Part shown: piece by piece, positions 56,484 to 64,000 of the stretch
Layout: every line of letters begins with the position of its first letter
How positions within the stretch are numbered: the stretch's first letter is position 1
DNA from: a virus
Direction: 5' to 3' (one strand)
Length of the DNA stretch: 64,000 nt
IMG/VR virus record: IMGVR_UViG_3300013233_000167
Location: 1 to 64,000 of that record
Translations under genes and position numbers: made by a program
The notes under the pieces: generated by a model
The model's input: only the letters and a program-made list of their open reading frames with translations
The model's database searches: none
What the model was told of the DNA's origin: nothing

Positions 56484-57244
56484 TCTCGCAAGTCCTCTAG
56501 GGTTTGATCCACGAACGCCGTGTCGCCAGCCGCCTGCTTGGTCAGCTCTCGAAAGATCGACCACTTAGCAAGCATGTCGTCTTGCTTAGGCAACTGCTCT
56601 CCGGAGTCGTAAATCGCGGTGAGGACGCTCGTGGAATAGGCGTCGATCGCCAACCACGCCGCGCCCGGATCAGTGAGTGTCGAGATAAAGCTCACGACGG
56701 GCTGTAACTCTGTCTCCAACGCGACCGACGCTTCGCCAGCATACCAACGATCGTATTCACGTCGTTGGTAGCCGACGATGAAGACACGCAGAGCCAACTG
56801 TTCTCGATTTCGCGTCCACGCCTCTTGAAAGCCAGAGGTCTCCCACGCCCGACGCAACTGTTCGTCCGTGAACGCTGCATAAACGGGGACGTTCAAAATT
56901 TGCGTCGCCATATTATCGAACGTAGGCCGATACAGATCGCTATCTCGCGCCTCCTCATCTAACAGCACGAATGGAGATCCTTTGACGGGTATCCACGTCT
57001 CTGACGACTCTTCAACGGACTCTTGCTCTTGCTTGACGGGTATCTCGACCGTCATAGAGGTGCGCTCCGTAGCGGGCAGAACCTCCGAAGTGACCACCGC
57101 TACCCTATCTACGGGATCTCCCTCCACGGGGTTCTGTGACTCCTGTGACCATCGGAGCAGTGAGCACACGGTAACGAATCCGAGGACAAATACCAAAAGA
57201 CCTGCGACTACAGAAAATGCCTTCATAGTTTGCACCACGCTCAC
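56480..57244 (-). CDS. membrane-anchored hypothetical protein
   Basis: N-terminal TM segment. Confidence 0.65.
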   Translation of the reverse strand: MSVVQTMKAFSVVAGLLVFVLGFVTVCSLLRWSQESQNPVEGDPVDRVAVVTSEVLPATERTSMTVEIPVKQEQESVEESSETWIPVKGSPFVLLDEEARDSDLYRPTFDNMATQILNVPVYAAFTDEQLRRAWETSGFQEAWTRNREQLALRVFIVGYQRREYDRWYAGEASVALETELQPVVSFISTLTDPGAAWLAIDAYSTSVLTAIYDSGEQLPKQDDMLAKWSIFRELTKQAAGDTAFVDQTLEDLRE

Positions 57245-57541
57245 AGAGCTTCGATGACGAGAAAAGGTTCCTCTACGAAGAGGAGCCGGACACGCTCAAC
57301 TGTACCACCAGGCTCAGAGCCAGCAACCCATTTTGCAATTTCCATGTTTTGAGTCCCTCGACAACGCCCGCCAGGACACTTTTCCAAGAAAAAAGCGGCC
57401 TCCGGAGAACACTCCCCAAAGGCCGCTCGTCACCTGCATCACCTTTCAGATGACGCCTTCCGAACGCATTTCCCAAGTTCAAGTGCGGTCGCTTCATCCC
57501 GCACCAACCGCGTTCGGTCGGTCAATGTTCAGGGTCTAGTG

Positions 57542-58099
57542 TTAGAACCACGATGGGAGATCAGCCGTCTCCAATTCATGTTGGATAACGCGCGCCTCGG
57601 CTTGGACAGCATCCATGTAGCTGCCGTCTACGAGTGTCTGGAGGATGTCGTTCGCAACCTGCCGGGCCGCTTCCCGCCCGTCAACCACCACACAACCCTC
57701 AGGAGGACTCTCACGACGCGCCTTGCCCAAACCCGACACCACGTCGTCGAGTGCCTTCGCCAAAGTTGGCGCTTCGTTCCTGATCGTCTGAGCAGACACC
57801 GCGAACTTGTTTTCGTCACGGCTAGGATGGTTCGACAGCGTGCGTACGGTATTCCAGCCGTGGCCGTCGAACACCAGTACCTCCACAAAATACGGCTGTG
57901 GAAGTGCTTCCACGTACTCCGCTGGAGAGAGCTGGTCACTAAGTATCCGAGCTTGGAAAGTTCCTCGATGGAGCCCGATGCGCACGTCCACGAAGTAACT
58001 CGCGTCGTACGTGTAGTCTTCTGTGTTCTTCATACTCATAATTTCGACCAGCCGACTCCGGCGACTTGAGAGCCCTCGTGTATTTTTCAAGATGCTCAT
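57542..58099 (-). CDS. hypothetical protein
   Basis: Coupled ORF. Confidence 0.6.
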   Translation of the reverse strand: MSILKNTRGLSSRRSRLVEIMSMKNTEDYTYDASYFVDVRIGLHRGTFQARILSDQLSPAEYVEALPQPYFVEVLVFDGHGWNTVRTLSNHPSRDENKFAVSAQTIRNEAPTLAKALDDVVSGLGKARRESPPEGCVVVDGREAARQVANDILQTLVDGSYMDAVQAEARVIQHELETADLPSWF

Positions 58100-58371
58100 A
58101 GCTCCACCTCCCCTCTGAGGTCCCAACACTCGTCACAGATCGGATCGCCCTGCGGCGAGGCCGCGACGCTCACCAGAGCCTCGTATTCTCCGCGCGATAG
58201 GAGGCCCCGCGCCAGTAGCTCATCAACGGCCGTCACCGCGTCAGGGTCCTCGGTGTAATAGCCCCACGCCTCGCACTCGTCGCACTTGCAGAGATAGCGC
58301 GACGACTCGCCCGTCGGCAGGTGCGTTGAGCCGCACCCGTCGCGGCCAACAATCCAGTTGCGCAGGCTCAC
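58096..58371 (-). CDS. Cys-rich hypothetical protein
   Basis: CDEC...CDEC; GTG start overlaps the upstream stop. Confidence 0.6.
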   Translation of the reverse strand: MSLRNWIVGRDGCGSTHLPTGESSRYLCKCDECEAWGYYTEDPDAVTAVDELLARGLLSRGEYEALVSVAASPQGDPICDECWDLRGEVEL

Positions 58372-58655
58372 AGTTCCACCCCCGCAGCACTCTCCCAGGC
58401 CGACCACAGTTCGTCGATCAGGACGTTACGCGCGTCCCCATCGGACACCGCGATTGCGTGGATTCTAACTTCGAGTACAGAGGTTGCTGTATCAACGTCG
58501 AGCGTCCCTCTCGCCGGAAATCCGTTGCAGTCCAGCAGCAACACTCTGTCACCGCTCATTGACAGACCGACAAACCCGTAGGCCGCCCACCAGCGAGGCT
58601 CGCAGCCGCCCTCGGAATTGAAGCTAGGGAACTCGATTCTATTGCGCAGGCTCAT
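58368..58655 (-). CDS. hypothetical protein
   Basis: Coupled ORF. Confidence 0.6.
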   Translation of the reverse strand: MSLRNRIEFPSFNSEGGCEPRWWAAYGFVGLSMSGDRVLLLDCNGFPARGTLDVDTATSVLEVRIHAIAVSDGDARNVLIDELWSAWESAAGVEL

Positions 58656-60175
58656 GCGGACTTATCCAGAATGACCATGACGGTCTCGACGTTGGTGCCG
58701 GACTCCGTGAACGAGCCCGAGGTGATCGGTCGGATCTCCGCGCCAGCCCCTTCGAGGAACTGCGCAAACACTCCGTAGCGTCCTTTGTCACGGTAGGTAA
58801 TGGCCTTCGACATCACGGAGACCAGACGGCCGCCGGGCTTGAGGAACGTAAAGGCGTGCAGGACGTGTTCGACCTCTTGGCCGTTGCTGAACGGCGGGTT
58901 CATCACCACGGCGTCGAAGCCCTCGTCGTCGGGCGACACGTCGAAGAAGTCGCCGTAGCGAACGACCATGCGGCCCTCGTCGTACTTGTTGACGCGATCG
59001 GCGAGGTAGCCGAGCAGCTCGACGGACTGCGGGTCGTTCTCGATCGCCGTCACGCGGCTGCTGTTCGCACGAATCGCGGCGCGGACGATCGAGCCCCCAC
59101 CGGCCGACGGCTCCAGGACGCGATAGCCACGATCGAGCCCCGCAGCCTCAACCAGCTCGACCGCCAGATCCTCGGGCGTGTAGAACGCCTGTCGTGCGGC
59201 CTTATCAGTCTTCACCAGTGCGGTCGAGGTCTTGGGCCTCTCCGCTTGCGCGGCTCCCCACTGTGAGCGACGTGTTCCATGCGGCTCCGCGATCGCGCCC
59301 GGGTAGCGATGCGCCATGATGCGATTCATATCGTCGCGGTGCGCGGCGTTCAAGATCTTGATATGCGCCGTCCCCTTACGGTAGCAGATGATCGACATGA
59401 GCGGGTCGCCGCCGTCCGGGTTCGGCACGTCGTACCACTTGCCGTACTTCAACTCGCCGATGGTCCGCAGACCCGGTGACTCATGCGTCGGCGGAGCTTG
59501 TCCGCTCAAGATGCACAGCACACGTTCGAGGTCGTGGATATGTTCGTGGTGTCCGAGCCGCGTCCCGTCGCCCTGCATCGAGCGCGCCCACGGGTAGAAA
59601 GCGTTGGTCGTGATGATCTTCTTGCCAATGCGGCCGGGCTCGTTCGTCTTGTGGTCCCAGCTCAGCGCCTTGTAGACGGCCTCGACGCACCGCTCGAAGT
59701 ATTCGAGCTGGTTGTCATGCACGCCCTGGAAGACCGACTCGATGTTCTCGGCCGTCAGGTCCGGCAGCTCCTCTACCGAGCCTTTGGTCATGCCTTTGGT
59801 CATGCGCTCGTTACGACGGTAGGACTGCGATTGGCCGAGCTGCTCGAAGAGCTTGCGGCGCGTCTCGTGGTCCATGATCGTGTCGATGTTGGTAAGCTGA
59901 AAGAGCTGCACCCACACGAAGCGGTCGATCTCACGGTTGATGGCATCGACGTTGCGCTCGTCGTCGATCGCAAGGTACTCGCTCCCTGGGAACTGGACGG
60001 ACACGCCCGGCAGCGACACGTCGAAGCGGCTGAGCTGCGCCTTCGCCTTGCGCAGTTGCTCCGCCGTCTCCCGATAGATCCGCTGCGCGTTGTCACGCGC
60101 GGCCAGCAGGGCCTCGATGCTGATCGAGGGAATGAGTGCGTTGGTCTCGGCGTGCGGGATTTCGTTGGCGCTCAT
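58652..60175 (-). CDS. DUF4942-domain plus N6-adenine DNA methyltransferase
   Basis: LSWDHKTN...IGKKII...DLERV...KGTAHI; FYTP, LEPSAGGG, MNPPF, F.ESGT.V. Confidence 0.85.
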   Translation of the reverse strand: MSANEIPHAETNALIPSISIEALLAARDNAQRIYRETAEQLRKAKAQLSRFDVSLPGVSVQFPGSEYLAIDDERNVDAINREIDRFVWVQLFQLTNIDTIMDHETRRKLFEQLGQSQSYRRNERMTKGMTKGSVEELPDLTAENIESVFQGVHDNQLEYFERCVEAVYKALSWDHKTNEPGRIGKKIITTNAFYPWARSMQGDGTRLGHHEHIHDLERVLCILSGQAPPTHESPGLRTIGELKYGKWYDVPNPDGGDPLMSIICYRKGTAHIKILNAAHRDDMNRIMAHRYPGAIAEPHGTRRSQWGAAQAERPKTSTALVKTDKAARQAFYTPEDLAVELVEAAGLDRGYRVLEPSAGGGSIVRAAIRANSSRVTAIENDPQSVELLGYLADRVNKYDEGRMVVRYGDFFDVSPDDEGFDAVVMNPPFSNGQEVEHVLHAFTFLKPGGRLVSVMSKAITYRDKGRYGVFAQFLEGAGAEIRPITSGSFTESGTNVETVMVILDKSA

Positions 60176-60561
60176 CTTAGACTCCTGGGTTCGGACACCC
60201 ACAAACGAAGATCCACACTCCGCGTCAATTCCCTCCAGAACTCCGGAGGTTCTCCTACGAGCATCTTCACGTCTCGCCCTTTTTTGGAGTGACCAAAGAA
60301 TGCGATCGCGTTGTATAGCGTCAGATGGTCAATAGGATGCCCATCCCTATCCGTCGGATCGCATAGAATTTCAATTTGCTCCCACGTCACTCCGAGAGCT
60401 TGCTGTGCAACAGCAACGGCATGTGTGTCACAGCTCGATGAGTTCAACCGGAAACGAATTCGGTTTCCAATGCTGCGGCAGATCGCTGAGAATGCTTTTT
60501 GAAACGCATCCATTTGTGATTGATTCTTCATATTATCTCTCATCGACCGAAAACGAGACAC
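60172..60561 (-). CDS. hypothetical protein (lower GC)
   Basis: Co-directional ORF; start uncertain. Confidence 0.45.
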   Translation of the reverse strand: MSRFRSMRDNMKNQSQMDAFQKAFSAICRSIGNRIRFRLNSSSCDTHAVAVAQQALGVTWEQIEILCDPTDRDGHPIDHLTLYNAIAFFGHSKKGRDVKMLVGEPPEFWRELTRSVDLRLWVSEPRSLR

Positions 60562-60681
60562 ATCTGAACCCTATCGCAAAAAAACCGACGGGGAGAAAAT
60601 CAAGCGTCTAGCATCCCCTTGCTGTGATCGCATTGGCAGAGCGCCGTGCAGTCGAGCGGATAGTTGACCGCGCCCGGGATC

Positions 60682-61038
60682 TCAATCCAGCCGTGACGCC
60701 TGACACTTATCGCAGAGCATCGAGGGCAGATTGACGGGCTCGCTCCCGCAGGCGCACTTCTCCCAGATCTGTCCCCGGCTCACCAGAGCAGGTTGTTGCG
60801 GCTCGGGCCGTTTGGACTGCTCTGATTGCTCGGTCACCAAGGACTTCCGGCGCTCGCGGTGGAGGGCCATTTCTGCGCGGATCTCGTCGCTATACTGGGT
60901 ACCCCAGAAATCGCCGAATTGCACCGAATAGTCGGTCAGCAATTCCGTGTCGGTCATCGGATCGAACCCCGCTGCTGAGCAGCGGCCTTCATAGGCGGAT
61001 CGTGAGAGTGACGCCTGAAACCTGGCGTTGTTTTGCAT
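60682..61038 (-). CDS. hypothetical protein with C-terminal Cys motif
   Basis: WEKC.CG.EP......C..C. Confidence 0.65.
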   Translation of the reverse strand: MQNNARFQASLSRSAYEGRCSAAGFDPMTDTELLTDYSVQFGDFWGTQYSDEIRAEMALHRERRKSLVTEQSEQSKRPEPQQPALVSRGQIWEKCACGSEPVNLPSMLCDKCQASRLD

Positions 61039-61328
61039 GGTTCTCGATTGGTTGAATGGGACTCAGACCCGCGACACAGGTATTATCGACGCCAGAGCGT
61101 TCACGACTGAGCAAATCCCCGAAATTCGAAGACCTCCAGAAAGGGCTCAGCGCATCCCGCCGCTACCTATCTGGGCATTCGGCCCAAAGCGGCTCACCGC
61201 GCCCTTGGCTGCGTCCAAAAGGATCCCGCACCTAAAACGTATCCTAAGAATCGTGTCGGGGCGGAAAAAAGGGCCTCAGCCGTCGCCGGGCGCGATTCCT
61301 CGGAACGAGCTGATTGTAAGATTGACGA

Positions 61329-61925
61329 TCACAAGACTAATTCTCCCATCACGAGCATATAGTTGTCGATCGGGATCCTCGCGCGCAGTCCGCAGTCCAC
61401 GAGCGCAAGGTAAACAGGACGCGCGTGCGGCCCGAGTCGTTGCAGCGGCAGGTTGGCGAGCCAATACGCCATCGGAGCAGTGATGCCCGGCGCACCCTCG
61501 AAGATCTCCTGCATGACGAAGCGATGCGCGTTCGCATCGAACTTCCAAACCGCGAGCGTCGTTCGTTCTTCGTTCGGATCGTAATCAGGACAAGGCCCTA
61601 ACATCGCCTCGCGGAACTGGTTGCCGCCCGCGTCGTAGTAGTCGTTCGGCCCCTCGTAGACGTAGGGCTCGACGCCCTCGAACACCCAACGGGTCGGATC
61701 CACGATGGAGCCGTCGTCGAGTTCGAGCCAGCCGTGTCGCTGGAAAGGTGCTCCGCTCTTGAAGCCCTCGACCGGACAGCCATCGCTCACCGGCCCGAGC
61801 CAGTGACCGTAGCGCAGCTCACCGCCGAAGACCTCCTGCACTGCACCTGCGATGCCGTAGCAGGCTCCGGGCCACTGCTCGATCGGGATGCCGATCCTCT
61901 CGGCCAGTGTGTGTACGTTCTTCAT
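61329..61925 (-). CDS. phage hypothetical protein
   Basis: GACY.IA...HGWLELDDG.IVDPT.W (Cys/His/Asp, transglutaminase-like arrangement). Confidence 0.7.
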   Translation of the reverse strand: MKNVHTLAERIGIPIEQWPGACYGIAGAVQEVFGGELRYGHWLGPVSDGCPVEGFKSGAPFQRHGWLELDDGSIVDPTRWVFEGVEPYVYEGPNDYYDAGGNQFREAMLGPCPDYDPNEERTTLAVWKFDANAHRFVMQEIFEGAPGITAPMAYWLANLPLQRLGPHARPVYLALVDCGLRARIPIDNYMLVMGELVL

Positions 61926-62158
61926 GCGTCGTCTCGATCCTCAGTCATCTCAGGCGGTGCGCCACCGAGCAATCCAGGCGCACGGTTGCCAGTCCTGCCA
62001 CGCTGTCCCGAACCGAACCCTCTCGGCGCGCTCGACTCGAACGGTACCTCTTCTCGTATTCGCTTGCGTAGACAGCTCTTGCAGAACCTACCGTCGTTCG
62101 TGACCGCCTTGTTCTTGATGCAGTCCGCACAGAGACCATCTTCGCGCGCCTCGATCAT
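61922..62158 (-). CDS. small Zn-finger protein
   Basis: CADC...CKSC. Confidence 0.55.
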   Translation of the reverse strand: MIEAREDGLCADCIKNKAVTNDGRFCKSCLRKRIREEVPFESSAPRGFGSGQRGRTGNRAPGLLGGAPPEMTEDRDDA

Positions 62159-62367
62159 CCTCTCCGGGCCTCCTTCGACCTTGGCGTCTGCGGAAGATTG
62201 AGGAGCTTGTTGAGCACGCGCTCCGCCTCCCACCCGAGCTTCTGCGACGCCTCGTTGACAGCTCGTGCAGTCCCGTGCAGTCCCGCCTCGTGCAGTCGTC
62301 GCTGCATACTCACCAACTCAGCCGTCTCCGCCCGAACCGTCTCCCGTACCCGTCGTTCAGTCTCCAT
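62155..62367 (-). CDS. hypothetical protein
   Basis: Coupled ORF. Confidence 0.6.
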   Translation of the reverse strand: METERRVRETVRAETAELVSMQRRLHEAGLHGTARAVNEASQKLGWEAERVLNKLLNLPQTPRSKEARRG

Positions 62368-62863
62368 CGAGAATCTCCGGTGCGTCGAAGTCGGGGTGTT
62401 GGATGTCGGCGTCTTCCGTGAACGTGCTCGGCAACGGAGGTCCGCCGGTCAGGAACGGTGCGTTGACCGCGAAGCGGAAGATCCAGTGTGCGATGCCCGC
62501 GCGCGTCAGGCCCTTCGGCCGGACCTTGCGGTACACCTGCGCGGTGCGCTCTTGGTGCTCGGCGTGCAGACCTTCCGCGACCTTCAACTCGCGCACCACG
62601 AGCAGCACGGAGCCGTAGCACTCCTTCGTCTGCGCGTCCTCGGGTGCCTGCGCGCCCGCGTCGGACGGCGGGTTGTCGGGATCGGTCGGGTGGCACGTCA
62701 TGCCGGGAGCCTCGCCGGTACGGAGCCCTGCCCATAGCCGACGCAGGTTGCGCTTCGTGTACCAGCCACCGCTCGTGCGTTTTCCCTGGTTGGACTTGCG
62801 CCACGGGCAGGCGTCGCACGCGCGACTCTGATCGGCGACGATCGACTTGCGCTTCGTACTCAC
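62357..62863 (-). CDS. Cys-motif phage protein (DUF6283-like)
   Basis: CDACPWR...CH...C.G. Confidence 0.6.
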   Translation of the reverse strand: MSTKRKSIVADQSRACDACPWRKSNQGKRTSGGWYTKRNLRRLWAGLRTGEAPGMTCHPTDPDNPPSDAGAQAPEDAQTKECYGSVLLVVRELKVAEGLHAEHQERTAQVYRKVRPKGLTRAGIAHWIFRFAVNAPFLTGGPPLPSTFTEDADIQHPDFDAPEILDGD

Positions 62864-63291
62864 AGGACCGTCGAGGGGTTGCGTTCGTCGGCGTCTCTCA
62901 CGACCTGGATCACGGCGCTGACGAGCAGTTCGAGCTTCTTCTCCCACACGTCGTCGAGCCCGTAGTTGCGCGCGCTGCCCTCGGACCTCGACCAGTTGAT
63001 CGGCTTGTCGAGCATGTCCCTCGTCCCCGGCCATCCGAGTTCGTCGAGCTTCGCGGCCTGCGCGTCGATCTCGTCCTTCCAGTCGCGGATCGTGTAGAGC
63101 GCGAGCTGAAAGCGTGGGAGTCCGTAGTTGCAGCCGCCGTTGTTGAACCAGTCGTAGTAGACGCGGCCCATCGCGCTCAGCAGCTCGCCGTGCACCGTTG
63201 GTGCGCGACCCTCCTCGGGTACGAGCTTCGTGCTCAGCTCTTCGTACAGCGCCGTGTAGCGCCCGTTGTTGTTCCAGTAGGTATTCTTCAT
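62860..63291 (-). CDS. phage hypothetical protein
   Basis: YWNNNG.Y...LVP.EG...T..GELL....R.YYD.FNNG. Confidence 0.75.
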   Translation of the reverse strand: MKNTYWNNNGRYTALYEELSTKLVPEEGRAPTVHGELLSAMGRVYYDWFNNGGCNYGLPRFQLALYTIRDWKDEIDAQAAKLDELGWPGTRDMLDKPINWSRSEGSARNYGLDDVWEKKLELLVSAVIQVVRDADERNPSTVL

Positions 63292-63638
63292 GGCTTCTCC
63301 ACTACGAGCGTCTGCCCGAGCTTGATGTCGTTGATCCTCAACATCGGCAGGTCCATCGCCTCCCGTATCGTCTCCATGTGTTCGTCGATGCGCGCGAGCG
63401 TCAGCCGCCCGCCCTTGAAGATGTCGTGCCACGGCAAGGACGAGCCCGCCTTCGGGTTCAGCACTTGCAGGTGCGCCGGGTAGTAGACACGGGTTCCGCG
63501 ACCCTTCCGTCCGGTGTGACCCTCGCGCCAGACCAGCGACGTGCTTCCGTGCACGATCAAGACGCGCCCGTCTGCACCGTAGTCAACTCCGTGCCCTCCG
63601 CGCCGAGCGACGTGCTCCTCTTCGTACTTGAAGTCCAT
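63288..63638 (-). CDS. hypothetical protein
   Basis: GGAGG RBS; coupled ORF. Confidence 0.65.
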   Translation of the reverse strand: MDFKYEEEHVARRGGHGVDYGADGRVLIVHGSTSLVWREGHTGRKGRGTRVYYPAHLQVLNPKAGSSLPWHDIFKGGRLTLARIDEHMETIREAMDLPMLRINDIKLGQTLVVEKP

Positions 63639-64000
63639 CACAGCACCTCCGTTGGATCGAGCGCGATGCGCTTGCACTTGCGGCACAGTTTGGCGTCAGG
63701 TGAGATCTCCGGGTCGGGTGCGCCGCACGCCGACGTTGACTGGATCTCGGCCTTGCACAACGGCTGCGCGAAGCCCTCGCAGCTCCCGTAGTGGTACACC
63801 TGCCCGCCCCCGCGCAGGTGCACGAACTCACCGGGCGGAGCGGAGTAGACGGTCACGCGCGCATCGAGCACGTCGCGGGCCACGCCCTCGACCGGACGGT
63901 CGAACAGGTCCGCAAGGAGCAGCACGGAGATCAACCCCGAGACCACGCTCAGGTCCGTGCTCGCGTCTTCGTCGTTGAGCGCGATCCACTCGATTCCTTT
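63638..64000 (-). CDS. hypothetical protein, 3' part (starts beyond the window)
   Basis: Frame open from 64000 (KGIEWIALNDE...LLADLF); Cys-rich end. Confidence 0.6.
   Translation of the reverse strand, partial: KGIEWIALNDEDASTDLSVVSGLISVLLLADLFDRPVEGVARDVLDARVTVYSAPPGEFVHLRGGGQVYHYGSCEGFAQPLCKAEIQSTSACGAPDPEISPDAKLCRKCKRIALDPTEVL

Noticed and set aside
57245-57541. Possible tRNA (GTTCAAG and ...GCACCA)
   Set aside because: No cloverleaf could be built; a weak 74-aa ORF covers the region
61075-61115. Sigma70 promoter TTGCTC...GATAAT on the minus strand
   Set aside because: The 21-nt spacer is too long
1-64000. Long plus-strand ORFs (e.g. 7195-8415, 11722-13062, 24586-25914, 45973-47328, 47418-48767)
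   Set aside because: They are antisense shadows of high-GC minus-strand genes, with no motifs or convincing RBS
1-64000. Stop-codon reassignment or alternative genetic code
   Set aside because: Conserved genes are full length under the standard code, and all three stops end genes

Overview
This 64 kb window is part of a large, GC-rich tailed dsDNA phage genome. Almost every gene is on the minus strand, and the plus-strand ORFs are antisense shadows. In transcription order (high to low coordinates) it holds: (1) small accessory genes and a DUF4942-type DNA methyltransferase; (2) a T4-like replication and recombination block (RecQ, metallophosphoesterase, UvsW-like helicase, DnaB-like helicase, primase, UDG-fused family A polymerase, UvsY-like, gp32-like SSB, RecA, ParB, 5'-3' exonuclease, SbcCD/gp46-47, Dam, Holliday junction resolvase, HU); (3) a packaging block (TerL, T4 gp20-like portal, second HU, MuF-like); (4) ThyX; (5) a large acidic, probably virion protein; (6) a membrane/lysis-like cassette containing a stand-alone PAS protein; and (7) accessory genes including GroES, a sulfotransferase and secreted proteins. 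One secreted protein resembles a planctomycete C-terminal domain, which suggests a Planctomycetota host. Four inteins interrupt TerL, the resolvase, RecA and RecQ. The most notable observations are a RecQ mini-intein overprinted in another frame by a zinc-finger/Vsr(DUF559)-like ORF with its own RBS, a classical A-AAA-AAG plus hairpin -1 frameshift extending the large acidic protein, and histone-H1-like Lys-rich tails on many replication and packaging proteins. No tRNA, rRNA or CRISPR array was recognised. All family calls come from reading motifs by eye; no searches were run.
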